A DNA stretch of 64,000 nt. Source: Escherichia phage UGJNEcP3. The translations under genes and the position numbers were made by a program. Of the stretch, positions 48,556-56,589 are shown one piece after another; position 1 is the first letter of the stretch, and the number at the start of each line of letters is the position of its first letter. The notes under the pieces are model-generated. The model had not been told where the DNA came from and did no database searches. It worked only from the letters and a program-made list of their open reading frames with translations. Where the stretch lies: sequence record OV876907. One strand, written 5' to 3'.

Positions 48556-48615
48556 TATCTGTTCCTCAAGTGAATGTAGGTACATTATACACTATTTTTA
48601 ATAAATTGGTATTGC

Positions 48616-49116
48616 TTAAATCTTATCTTTACCGATTTCAATACACTGTTCTATTGCCGCCGGTACTTTGGTCTTGAGCTTATCGATTTGTTTCTTATAA
48701 TCACGAGCTTTACCGAAGCTCTCGGTTTCGAGCATTTCGTAATAACGAGCCTCGTGGATGGAAATCTGTAGATTGATATGGTTTACGCACATCGCATACA
48801 GTTTCTGCTTTTTGTACAAATCATCTTGGCGCTTCATTTCTGCCTGGTGTTTGGCTAGTACCGCTTCACGCTTAGACTCTTGTTCACGTTGGAATTCGAT
48901 TTCCCTTTGAGCATATTTTGCACAGTTATTACCACATTGATTATTAGCTCGGGTATACACAAGTCCAGAACCGGCACGGAATTTCATTTCGCCATCGAAT
49001 TGTTTCTGTTCAGCTGCGATACGAGCTTTACCAACTTCATCGGCTGAAACTGCATCACCATATTGGACCGCACAACCTGATAGGAGCATACTCATTGCGA
49101 TAATTAACTTTTTCAT
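48616..49116 (-). CDS. lipoprotein with coiled-coil-like body (166 aa)
   Basis: MKKLIIAMSMLLSGCAV signal + lipobox; charged helical remainder; GAGGA SD. Confidence 0.6.
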   Translation of the reverse strand: MKKLIIAMSMLLSGCAVQYGDAVSADEVGKARIAAEQKQFDGEMKFRAGSGLVYTRANNQCGNNCAKYAQREIEFQREQESKREAVLAKHQAEMKRQDDLYKKQKLYAMCVNHINLQISIHEARYYEMLETESFGKARDYKKQIDKLKTKVPAAIEQCIEIGKDKI

Positions 49117-49123
49117 AATATCC

Positions 49124-49261
49124 TCAATTAAAACAGTTATACTTAATTTGTGCTATAAGAATAATCCATCCTATGATTAATGTCGGAATCATTGGCGGAA
49201 TTGCCACTGCCCAATAAACGGTAAAGGCAGCCATTATAAGAAATAAAATAATTATCTTCAT
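49124..49261 (-). CDS. 45-aa membrane micro-protein (imm.1-like)
   Basis: ATG overlaps imm-like stop (ATGA); hydrophobic MKIIILFLIMAAFTVYWAVAIPPMIPTLIIGWIILIAQ. Confidence 0.4.
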   Translation of the reverse strand: MKIIILFLIMAAFTVYWAVAIPPMIPTLIIGWIILIAQIKYNCFN

Positions 49262-49494
49262 TGTTTAACGATAATGATTTGTGCGGTTGATTTACGTTCA
49301 GCGACGATAGCCCAGATTAAAGCCACTACCCAACCAATCATCGTCCATCCTAACAGGAGATTAAGGAAGAAGATTCCGACATTGTTACGAGTGCCTCGCA
49401 GAAGAGCTAGAATCCATGGTAAGAAGTAAGCGATGAACATCATAACCAGAGAACCGAATCCTAAAACACCAGCACTAACGATTAAAGCTTCCAT
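49258..49494 (-). CDS. imm: Imm-like superinfection-immunity membrane protein
   Basis: 78 aa with two TM helices; directly downstream of gene 43 as T4 imm; early promoter upstream. Confidence 0.6.
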   Translation of the reverse strand: MEALIVSAGVLGFGSLVMMFIAYFLPWILALLRGTRNNVGIFFLNLLLGWTMIGWVVALIWAIVAERKSTAQIIIVKQ

Positions 49495-49519
49495 TGTAAT
49501 TTCCTCTTAAGTAGTTGTT

Positions 49520-49559
49520 AGGAAGGATAATACCACGTTCCATGTGGTATGTAAACACT
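49520..49559 (-). promoter_or_regulatory. early promoter for imm-like gene
   Basis: GTTTAC(49551-49556), 18 bp, gTGgTATTAT, CCTTCCTAACAACTAC box. Confidence 0.5.
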
Positions 49560-52270
49560 TAAAAGTCAAACATGTCAAATAATGTTGCTTTTTTCTCGTA
49601 GTCGATTTTAGCAGACTCGGTGAAACCGGTAAGAGGTTTGATAAAGGTCTTTTGGAACAATACGTTGTAGTCCATCCAACGGAGGACTTGGTCACGAATC
49701 TGAACTGGAAGTTCAATACCTGATGGCCATGCCATACAAGCTTCACCGAACGGGTTGCCTTCTTTAAGTGGAAGTACATATACCTTTTCACCGTCGACGA
49801 TACGTGGCATAGTCAAATCACCAGCAGAAGCACGCATGTAAGCTAAGCAACCTTTGATGTGATACGGGCATTTAGAACCAGGGAATCCACCTTCATTATA
49901 TTTCTCGATGTTGTTAGCACTGGATACTGCTGCAATGCTTACATAGTTTAGTTCGTTAAATTCCTTATTAAACTGTTTGAAATATTCTTGCAAAGAGGCC
50001 TCGCCTTCCTGAAGCATACGACGGATACATTCTTTCAGAGCTTTCTGAACTGCTTTAGGTGTACTTGATTTCTGAGTTTCGAGACCCATGATTTTCAAGT
50101 GTGGTTCAGCATAACGAGTACCTTCCATGTCCCAAACGTTCAGTGCATAACGTTTCTTGCCTGTCCAGAATCCACCAAGACCTTTAGAACCAAGTGGAGG
50201 TCCTGCGATAGCTTCTCGGTCCATGAACATCAAGTGCTGTTTGTTGTTCATGTATTCACACATCTCACGGAAGCCTGCATCAATAGCAGGTTCCATACGT
50301 TCACGTGCAAATTTATCTAAGAAGTCGACCCAGTGGTTAGTATCACGGAATTTTTCTTCGCCAACTTTATTGATGATGGCATCTGCCTTAACATAAATGG
50401 AGTCAGTATCACCATAGAGCACGAACTTCTGGTTTTCAGTCTTGCACACTCTATTCAGATATTCGTTAACCTTACGTTCAATCCATTGGAGGGCCATTTG
50501 ACCAAACAGTGTGATTGCAGTTGCGTTCCTGAGGTCATAATAACGGAACCATACGTTACCAAGTGCACCATAAAGGGAGTTGATAAGCAACTTACGGTTA
50601 ATCTGAGCAGTGTTACCTGCAACTTCAGTGAGCTCGGCTTTCTTCAACATTTCTCTTAAAGAAGGCCCTGACAGTGCTTTAATCTGGGCTTTGATTTCGT
50701 CAGAGAAGTCAAAACGATAATCGATATCTAGTGGACTATCAACTGAGAGATTAGGATTTTCCAATGCTTCTTTAATTAACTCACCATTACGTTGAGCTGC
50801 AAGCATGTAACCTTTATGTTCTTTACGCTGCAAGAATACCTTGGTGATTTCTGTCGGAATCACACCTTCACGGTCTTTATAATACATCATGCCGTTAGGA
50901 GAGCAACTGTAGGTGTCGCTAGGACGCTGAGCAGTTCCGGCAATATATTCATGTATCGGTGCGTTGGCGAATGTCCCTGCGATGGTCTCTGGGCTTATAT
51001 TCACTTGCCGAATGATACTCGGGTACAGAGATGTAAGGTCAAAACTCATTACATATTTGTAAGCGTTAGGAATAGGTTCCTTAACGAAAGCACCAGGATA
51101 AGGTTGGACCACGTGTGAACGACCCTGTGGAATTACCTTGCCTTGTTCTTTAAGACTATTAAAGATAATAGCGTCCCAAGTCTTAATTGGACTGAACACC
51201 GACTGAATCTGCATCTTGGCATAATAACCCATGTCCAAACTCAGAAGAATGAACTGACGTTTCATATCAATCTGCACTACACGATATACGTCGATAATGT
51301 TATAGGAAATATATCGTTGGTGGTTCGTCTCACGTAACTTAGAGATTGGACCATCATATTTCAACTTACCTACTTTCAATTCATATTCAGAAACATAATC
51401 CAGAGAATAAGAAGGCTGGTTGGTAAAGCTGAATTTTTTATACAGGTCGATATAATCCAGAACAGAGATACCGAACAGTGTAATAATTTCACGAGCACCG
51501 TACATGTTCTCAATAACTTTAACACGAGTTTTACGATGCGGGCTTAATCGCTTAGCAGTGTTCTCACCGAACAGATTTTTCAGACGGTTATAAACGTACG
51601 GCACGTCAAATGACTCAACGTTCCACCCAGTCAAAATCACAGGAGTTTTCTGTTGCCAGAAATTCAGGTACTCAAGCATCATTTCTTCTTCAGAATTAAA
51701 CGAAAGATAAACGATTTTGTCAATGATTTCCTGTGGAACTTCGTCACCACCTTCGTCTTGGAGTTTCTCAGCGATTTTAATCGACCACTCTTCAACAGTA
51801 CCATAAGGCGAAACTAAAAGGTCGAATACATAGAATTTATCGTCAATCGAGTCGTAGTGGGTAATGGCATCGATAGGATGTTTAGCCTGAGCTGGTTCAG
51901 GGAATCCATCAGGAGATGTTACCTCGATGTCGAAGTTAGCAATACGAATCTTAGAAGAATCATATTTGATTTCTTTACGATAGGTATCAGACAAATAGGC
52001 TAATTTATAGTCGTCCATACCCAGGGCTTCGAGACCCATATCGTCCATACGTTTCATCCATTGGGATGCATCACGCATAGAGTCGAATTCTTTCTTAACA
52101 CAACCCTTACCATAGATATCAATGTATTTTACGGCTTGCTCTGGATTGGCATGCATAAACATTGTAGGCTTGTATGGAACTTCACGACTACGTTCGTTAC
52201 CATTTTTATCGATGTAACGTTCGAGAATATTATCACCGATTTGTTCGACTGTCAAATAGAATTCTTGCAT
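49559..52270 (-). CDS. 43: DNA polymerase gp43 (family B, with 3'-5' exonuclease)
   Basis: 903 aa from ATG 52268-52270 (AAGGAAA SD; track start 52330 is TTG); Exo I FDIEV, motif A DLTSLYPSI, motif C YGDTDS; N-terminus closely resembles RB69 gp43 (memory). Confidence 0.93.
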   Translation of the reverse strand: MQEFYLTVEQIGDNILERYIDKNGNERSREVPYKPTMFMHANPEQAVKYIDIYGKGCVKKEFDSMRDASQWMKRMDDMGLEALGMDDYKLAYLSDTYRKEIKYDSSKIRIANFDIEVTSPDGFPEPAQAKHPIDAITHYDSIDDKFYVFDLLVSPYGTVEEWSIKIAEKLQDEGGDEVPQEIIDKIVYLSFNSEEEMMLEYLNFWQQKTPVILTGWNVESFDVPYVYNRLKNLFGENTAKRLSPHRKTRVKVIENMYGAREIITLFGISVLDYIDLYKKFSFTNQPSYSLDYVSEYELKVGKLKYDGPISKLRETNHQRYISYNIIDVYRVVQIDMKRQFILLSLDMGYYAKMQIQSVFSPIKTWDAIIFNSLKEQGKVIPQGRSHVVQPYPGAFVKEPIPNAYKYVMSFDLTSLYPSIIRQVNISPETIAGTFANAPIHEYIAGTAQRPSDTYSCSPNGMMYYKDREGVIPTEITKVFLQRKEHKGYMLAAQRNGELIKEALENPNLSVDSPLDIDYRFDFSDEIKAQIKALSGPSLREMLKKAELTEVAGNTAQINRKLLINSLYGALGNVWFRYYDLRNATAITLFGQMALQWIERKVNEYLNRVCKTENQKFVLYGDTDSIYVKADAIINKVGEEKFRDTNHWVDFLDKFARERMEPAIDAGFREMCEYMNNKQHLMFMDREAIAGPPLGSKGLGGFWTGKKRYALNVWDMEGTRYAEPHLKIMGLETQKSSTPKAVQKALKECIRRMLQEGEASLQEYFKQFNKEFNELNYVSIAAVSSANNIEKYNEGGFPGSKCPYHIKGCLAYMRASAGDLTMPRIVDGEKVYVLPLKEGNPFGEACMAWPSGIELPVQIRDQVLRWMDYNVLFQKTFIKPLTGFTESAKIDYEKKATLFDMFDF

Positions 52271-52330
52271 TTCATTTCCTTTATAGACGAGTGATTGTCT
52301 TTTGTTTGTTGATGAATCATTATACTCCAA

Positions 52331-52349
52331 AAGGGACCGAAGTCCCTTT
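52331..52349 (-). promoter_or_regulatory. RNA hairpin upstream of gene 43 (possible translational operator)
   Basis: minus-sense AAGGGAC-UUCG-GUCCCUU ~60 nt upstream of gene 43 ATG. Confidence 0.4.
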
Positions 52350-52351
52350 GC

Positions 52352-52567
52352 TTAAATTTCTATTGTTTGACGTTTAATGGTTGAATTACCATCTTCGTCT
52401 TTAGTTTTAATCATAGCCTGGAAGACTTGCTGACCGGGGTGTAGTAACTTTTGGAGGTCCTTTTGAAATTCTATTTGGAGCTCTTCGGAAAGGTCAAAAA
52501 TCGTTTGAGTTGGAGAAAGTCCGTATACCTCTTTAAGACGTTCACACGTTTCAATTTCAAGAATCAT
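52352..52567 (-). CDS. hypothetical protein (71 aa)
   Basis: ATG 52565-52567 right after regA stop; track ORF extends into regA. Confidence 0.5.
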   Translation of the reverse strand: MILEIETCERLKEVYGLSPTQTIFDLSEELQIEFQKDLQKLLHPGQQVFQAMIKTKDEDGNSTIKRQTIEI

Positions 52568-52568
52568 A

Positions 52569-52931
52569 TTAATTACCAATGGTATACTTAGACAGTAGTT
52601 CCCAGTCATTTTTCTGCTTAAAGGAAATGACACGGAAGTTATTGGTGATTTCGAACAGCTCAGAGTCGTCTACGATATCAATCAGTCCCCACTCCTTAAG
52701 AAGCTGAGCAATTGAATCTCGACGTTGATAGTCTTCACCATCGATATCAACCTGGCGGCCATCCATACGTAACATCTCTTTAAAGTGGACGATATAATAT
52801 AGCCCTTGCTTTTGCAAAATGTGACAAGATTGATATAGTTTCTTTTCTTTATTATTAGCGATACCCATACGAGTTAGGGTCTCTTTCACTTTCAAGAAGT
52901 CTTCAGGTTGTTTCAGAGTAATTTCAATCAT
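52569..52931 (-). CDS. regA: translational repressor RegA
   Basis: 120 aa; near-collinear with T4 RegA as recalled (MIEITLK.PEDFLKVKETLTRMGIANNK...NNFRVISFKQK). Confidence 0.9.
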   Translation of the reverse strand: MIEITLKQPEDFLKVKETLTRMGIANNKEKKLYQSCHILQKQGLYYIVHFKEMLRMDGRQVDIDGEDYQRRDSIAQLLKEWGLIDIVDDSELFEITNNFRVISFKQKNDWELLSKYTIGN

Positions 52932-52937
52932 TTTAAT

Positions 52938-53510
52938 TTACCATTCCAATGCTTTCTTTTTCAAGTCTTTTTGTTCTTTAACATTTTTAGTTACGGATTT
53001 CAGGAATTCGTCCGTAACCAACCCTTTCATCTTCTTAAGCACCGCCGGAAGATGGCCTTTAATTTTATAAGTCTCGAGATAACGATAAGCGTCATCATTA
53101 TTAATTGAATGGTATTTCATCAATAAACGAGTAATAAAAACTACACTAACTTCATCATCATGGGCCTTAGCCCATTTACCAAATCTCTTACCCTTAGGAA
53201 CCGCGTGTAAAAGATAGTTAAAATGACTTTGGTCATCAAGTTTCAAACAGTTAACCATTGCAGCTTGCATAATGCAATCCACATGTTGGCTCAAACTATT
53301 ATCGAGCCAAAATTGATTGTAGTTTTCCGACTGAGCCAAGTTACGTTGGTTCTTACCATATGTGATATCGTTCATAATGGCGAACAATTCGTTTTCAGCC
53401 TTTTCTTTAAATGAATCGGCCAAGGCTTGAATAGCCGCATCGTTACGTTGTTTCCAAGCAACTTCATGTTCGTTCAGTTCAACGTCATCATCAAAAAGAC
53501 TTATAGCCAT
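52938..53510 (-). CDS. 62: clamp loader small subunit gp62
   Basis: 190 aa between regA and 44; T4 gp62 size and position. Confidence 0.8.
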   Translation of the reverse strand: MAISLFDDDVELNEHEVAWKQRNDAAIQALADSFKEKAENELFAIMNDITYGKNQRNLAQSENYNQFWLDNSLSQHVDCIMQAAMVNCLKLDDQSHFNYLLHAVPKGKRFGKWAKAHDDEVSVVFITRLLMKYHSINNDDAYRYLETYKIKGHLPAVLKKMKGLVTDEFLKSVTKNVKEQKDLKKKALEW

Positions 53511-54460
53511 TGGAGCTCCAGAGCAAGTTGGATGAACAGATAAGTCATGTGAATTTCTGGGTTAGCAGCAATACCATGGTATTGGTTATTTTCACCGACA
53601 ATTTCATACATTCTAACAATGCTTGGCCCAGGCAATTTACCATAGAGTTCGTTAGCCAATGTCATAATAAAGTTGGCATAATCATTGACATGGCGTGGGG
53701 CTAATGCACGGAGTTCTTTAAAGTTTTTATCTTTAAGTGCAGCCACTACTTCATCGATAGGCGAATTGGTATTCATTACAATACTCAAAATGCCTGAATC
53801 GATTTTACCACCGGACGAGTAACGGTCTAGTTGGTTAACTGTTTTACGGAAGTCAGGAAAGTTTTGTTTAACTAAAGCAGCAATAACTTTAAGGTCTTCG
53901 ACTTCGATATTTTCGTTTTTACAGATTGCTACAGCACGATGAATCATTTCTTTCATCATGTTTGTTTGGTCGGCCGGAGTGGCTTCACCAAATTTAATAA
54001 CACGACAACGGGACTGAAGTGGACCGATAATACCATCAATATTGTTCGCTGTAATAATTACAGAACAGTTTGAGGAATAGGCTTCTAAGAACGAACGAAG
54101 GTGACGTTGAGCTTCAGCAACACCGGCCCGGTCGAATTCGTCGATAACAATTACCTTACGCTTACCTTCGATAGATTTAGAAGATGCAAAACGAGTAAGT
54201 TCATTACGAACGAAATCAATACGGCAGTCAGAACCGTTAACAAAAAGCATATCTGAATTTGTATCAGCACACAATGCTTTAGCTACGGTAGTTTTGCCAG
54301 TGCCTGGTGAAGCAGAGACTAGGATAATGTTAGGGATTAGGCCCTTATTAACAATGGCTTGGAGAGTTTCTTTATCATGAGCAGGCAGAATACATTCAGA
54401 TAAAGTACCCGGACGATATTTCTGCTCGAACATGAATTCATTATTATTTACTGTAAGCAT
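53501..54460 (-). CDS. 44: clamp loader large subunit gp44 (AAA+)
   Basis: 319 aa; Walker A SPGTGKTT, Walker B VIVIDEFD; T4 gp44 size. Confidence 0.9.
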   Translation of the reverse strand: MLTVNNNEFMFEQKYRPGTLSECILPAHDKETLQAIVNKGLIPNIILVSASPGTGKTTVAKALCADTNSDMLFVNGSDCRIDFVRNELTRFASSKSIEGKRKVIVIDEFDRAGVAEAQRHLRSFLEAYSSNCSVIITANNIDGIIGPLQSRCRVIKFGEATPADQTNMMKEMIHRAVAICKNENIEVEDLKVIAALVKQNFPDFRKTVNQLDRYSSGGKIDSGILSIVMNTNSPIDEVVAALKDKNFKELRALAPRHVNDYANFIMTLANELYGKLPGPSIVRMYEIVGENNQYHGIAANPEIHMTYLFIQLALELQWL

Positions 54461-54521
54461 ATTAATTTCCTCAGGTTTGTTTTTACATTATACTCCAAGG
54501 GAGGATATTCCTCCCTATGCT

Positions 54522-55220
54522 TTAGAACGAGTGGCTTGAGCCTGCTTCCATAGCCAATACATAAGAAGCTTGTGAACCTTCAAACTTGGCTGCGAAACGA
54601 GCATCCTGACCTTCACCACGAGCCCATAGCAATACATGGTAATCAGCCGGCATCATTTTCATATTGGTTTTGTTAATGATGAACTTAAAGTCAGGGCCAT
54701 CATGGTCTGCAACCACTAAGGAATACAATGGACGTGCCAGGTCCTTATCATCAACTTGTTTGTAGCCATTGATTACAATTTTACCATTGTCTACAGTAAT
54801 AGCAAATGTATCAATACCCAGACCGGAGGACACACGCATCAACTGTTGGTAATCTTCGGCTTTAAGGTCAAAAATAACTTCAGCCACTGGGAACGGAATA
54901 GCTTTGCTTGGGAATGCTATTGTGCTTGGGTCGGCAATAGGCCACTTAATAGTTGAACGTTGGTCTTTAATAATTAAGGTGGTTTGGTCTTCACTTACCG
55001 AAACTTCAGCACTTTCAGATACTAAAGACAGAATACTTAAGAAGCCGTTCAAATCATAAATTGCAGCTTCGATATCAAAGGTATCACTTACAGTAGCTTC
55101 ACCATAACTTGCACCTGTTACTGAACGGGTTAGAATAGTGTTACCAGGTTTAAGCATGATACCTGGGTTAATACCGGAGAAGTTTTTCAGAATGTTCAGA
55201 GTTTCTTTAGAGAATTTCAT
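54522..55220 (-). CDS. 45: sliding clamp gp45
   Basis: 232 aa; ...NFSGINPGIMLK...FINKTNMKM.PADY.LLLWA.G...AKFEG matches T4 gp45 (memory). Confidence 0.9.
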   Translation of the reverse strand: MKFSKETLNILKNFSGINPGIMLKPGNTILTRSVTGASYGEATVSDTFDIEAAIYDLNGFLSILSLVSESAEVSVSEDQTTLIIKDQRSTIKWPIADPSTIAFPSKAIPFPVAEVIFDLKAEDYQQLMRVSSGLGIDTFAITVDNGKIVINGYKQVDDKDLARPLYSLVVADHDGPDFKFIINKTNMKMMPADYHVLLWARGEGQDARFAAKFEGSQASYVLAMEAGSSHSF

Positions 55221-55244
55221 AATGTTTCCTTATCAAGACAAAAA

Positions 55245-55658
55245 TTAAGCAATAACGATCATTTGTTTACGAATGGATTCAGGCAGAGATTCAATATACT
55301 CTGGAATCTGGGAAGCAACAATAGCACCGGCTTCAAGCAGTTGTTCGTCAAAATCTACGCAATAATCATCTTCGAGACGTTCAGAACCATCACGGTCGAT
55401 AACCAGTTTAGCACCTGCGGCCAGCGAATCGTTATAATGACGACGCATGATTTCTACCCACTTATCGGATACGTCGTTATCAATGATACCGTAGAGCATG
55501 AACTTGGTTTCTTGTGGAAGAGACTGCAGACGACGTGCAGAGTCGGTATCAATATTCAGTACCCATGATTTACGAATACGGTTTTGATTGTGTGGGTTGG
55601 AATCGGTACGAATGGTTTTAACTTGGATATCTTTAACAGTAATAGCGTTAGCAAACAT
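55245..55658 (-). CDS. rpbA: RpbA-position protein (RNA polymerase-binding protein in T4)
   Basis: 137 aa from ATG 55656-55658; directly downstream of 45 as T4 rpbA. Confidence 0.55.
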   Translation of the reverse strand: MFANAITVKDIQVKTIRTDSNPHNQNRIRKSWVLNIDTDSARRLQSLPQETKFMLYGIIDNDVSDKWVEIMRRHYNDSLAAGAKLVIDRDGSERLEDDYCVDFDEQLLEAGAIVASQIPEYIESLPESIRKQMIVIA

Positions 55659-55714
55659 AATATTTTCTCTCATTTGGTTGGTAAATGTATTATAAATCTA
55701 TATTTTAAAGCAAT

Positions 55715-55906
55715 TTAATCAAAGTACTCGTAGACAAACCATGCCGGATTTCTATTTGACATGATTTTATCATATTCTGACTTAAAAGCATTTCGGAGAT
55801 ATTCTTCAGTAACAAGATGCTCATCTCCAGAGAAGTTGTTAACTAAAACGTATCTCTTTATTTCTGGAAAGGCCAACAAATGCTGGCCTGTTATAAAATC
55901 ACTCAT
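55715..55906 (-). CDS. hypothetical protein (63 aa)
   Basis: early-strand ORF abutting the GIY-YIG gene. Confidence 0.5.
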   Translation of the reverse strand: MSDFITGQHLLAFPEIKRYVLVNNFSGDEHLVTEEYLRNAFKSEYDKIMSNRNPAWFVYEYFD

Positions 55907-56589
55907 TATGAAGCATCCTTTAATTTACAATTATCAAAGTGCCATCGTTTCATAATGTTGTTAGAGCCAATTTTATCACAATATGGGCACTTTACAGTTG
56001 GTCTGCTTTTAGCTTTTGCAGATTGTTTGCTTTTCATAGCCTGTTTTGCTTCGTCAGACCTAGAATTAAGGGCTATAGAAATTTTATCCCTTGTTTCTTG
56101 GCTATGAGTTTTTCCGAACATAGGGTTGTTCTCAGGCAAATATGTACCATTTCTTATATTACTCTGACGAATTTTTTCTATATGTTCTTTAGATTTATTT
56201 CTTAGCTCTAGGCATTTAGATTTCTTTCTAGTTTTAAAAAGGTTTTCATAAAATGAATACGGTCTATTTTTAGCAGCTATACTCTGTTTAAGTCTGGTTT
56301 CCTCTTTTATAAAAGGTGCGGCATTACCTCCTAAAGAAATATTATATGTAAGAGGGTTCTTTATAAATTCCTCATTGACTATAATTCTTTCCATTTGGAT
56401 AGCCTCTTCTCTGGTATCAAAATTATAAAGTATTTCCTTTCTATGATTTTCCAAACCATATTTTTTAATAGAAGCTTTAATATATAAACCAGAGCCCATA
56501 TACGAATCTTTAATATTTTCAGTACTATGTATCCCTACATAGTACTTATTATTAACTAAATTTATTATTTTGTAAACAAGATGTCTCAT
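55906..56589 (-). CDS. GIY-YIG homing endonuclease (Seg-like) with NUMOD3-like module
   Basis: 227 aa; VYKIINLVNNKYYVGIHS...YMGSG (GIY...YIG core); ENNPMFGKTHSQETRDKIS; C-terminal CPYC; between 45/rpbA and 46. Confidence 0.8.
   Translation of the reverse strand: MRHLVYKIINLVNNKYYVGIHSTENIKDSYMGSGLYIKASIKKYGLENHRKEILYNFDTREEAIQMERIIVNEEFIKNPLTYNISLGGNAAPFIKEETRLKQSIAAKNRPYSFYENLFKTRKKSKCLELRNKSKEHIEKIRQSNIRNGTYLPENNPMFGKTHSQETRDKISIALNSRSDEAKQAMKSKQSAKAKSRPTVKCPYCDKIGSNNIMKRWHFDNCKLKDAS

Noticed and set aside
49559-52330. ORF-track N-terminal extension of gp43 (MEYNDSSTNKRQSLVYKGNE...) and similar extensions for rnh, dsbA, gp46, gp47 and the NTase-kinase fusion
   Set aside because: The track allows TTG/GTG starts and maximal extension; internal ATGs with good SDs that match the T4/RB69 N-termini are far more plausible.
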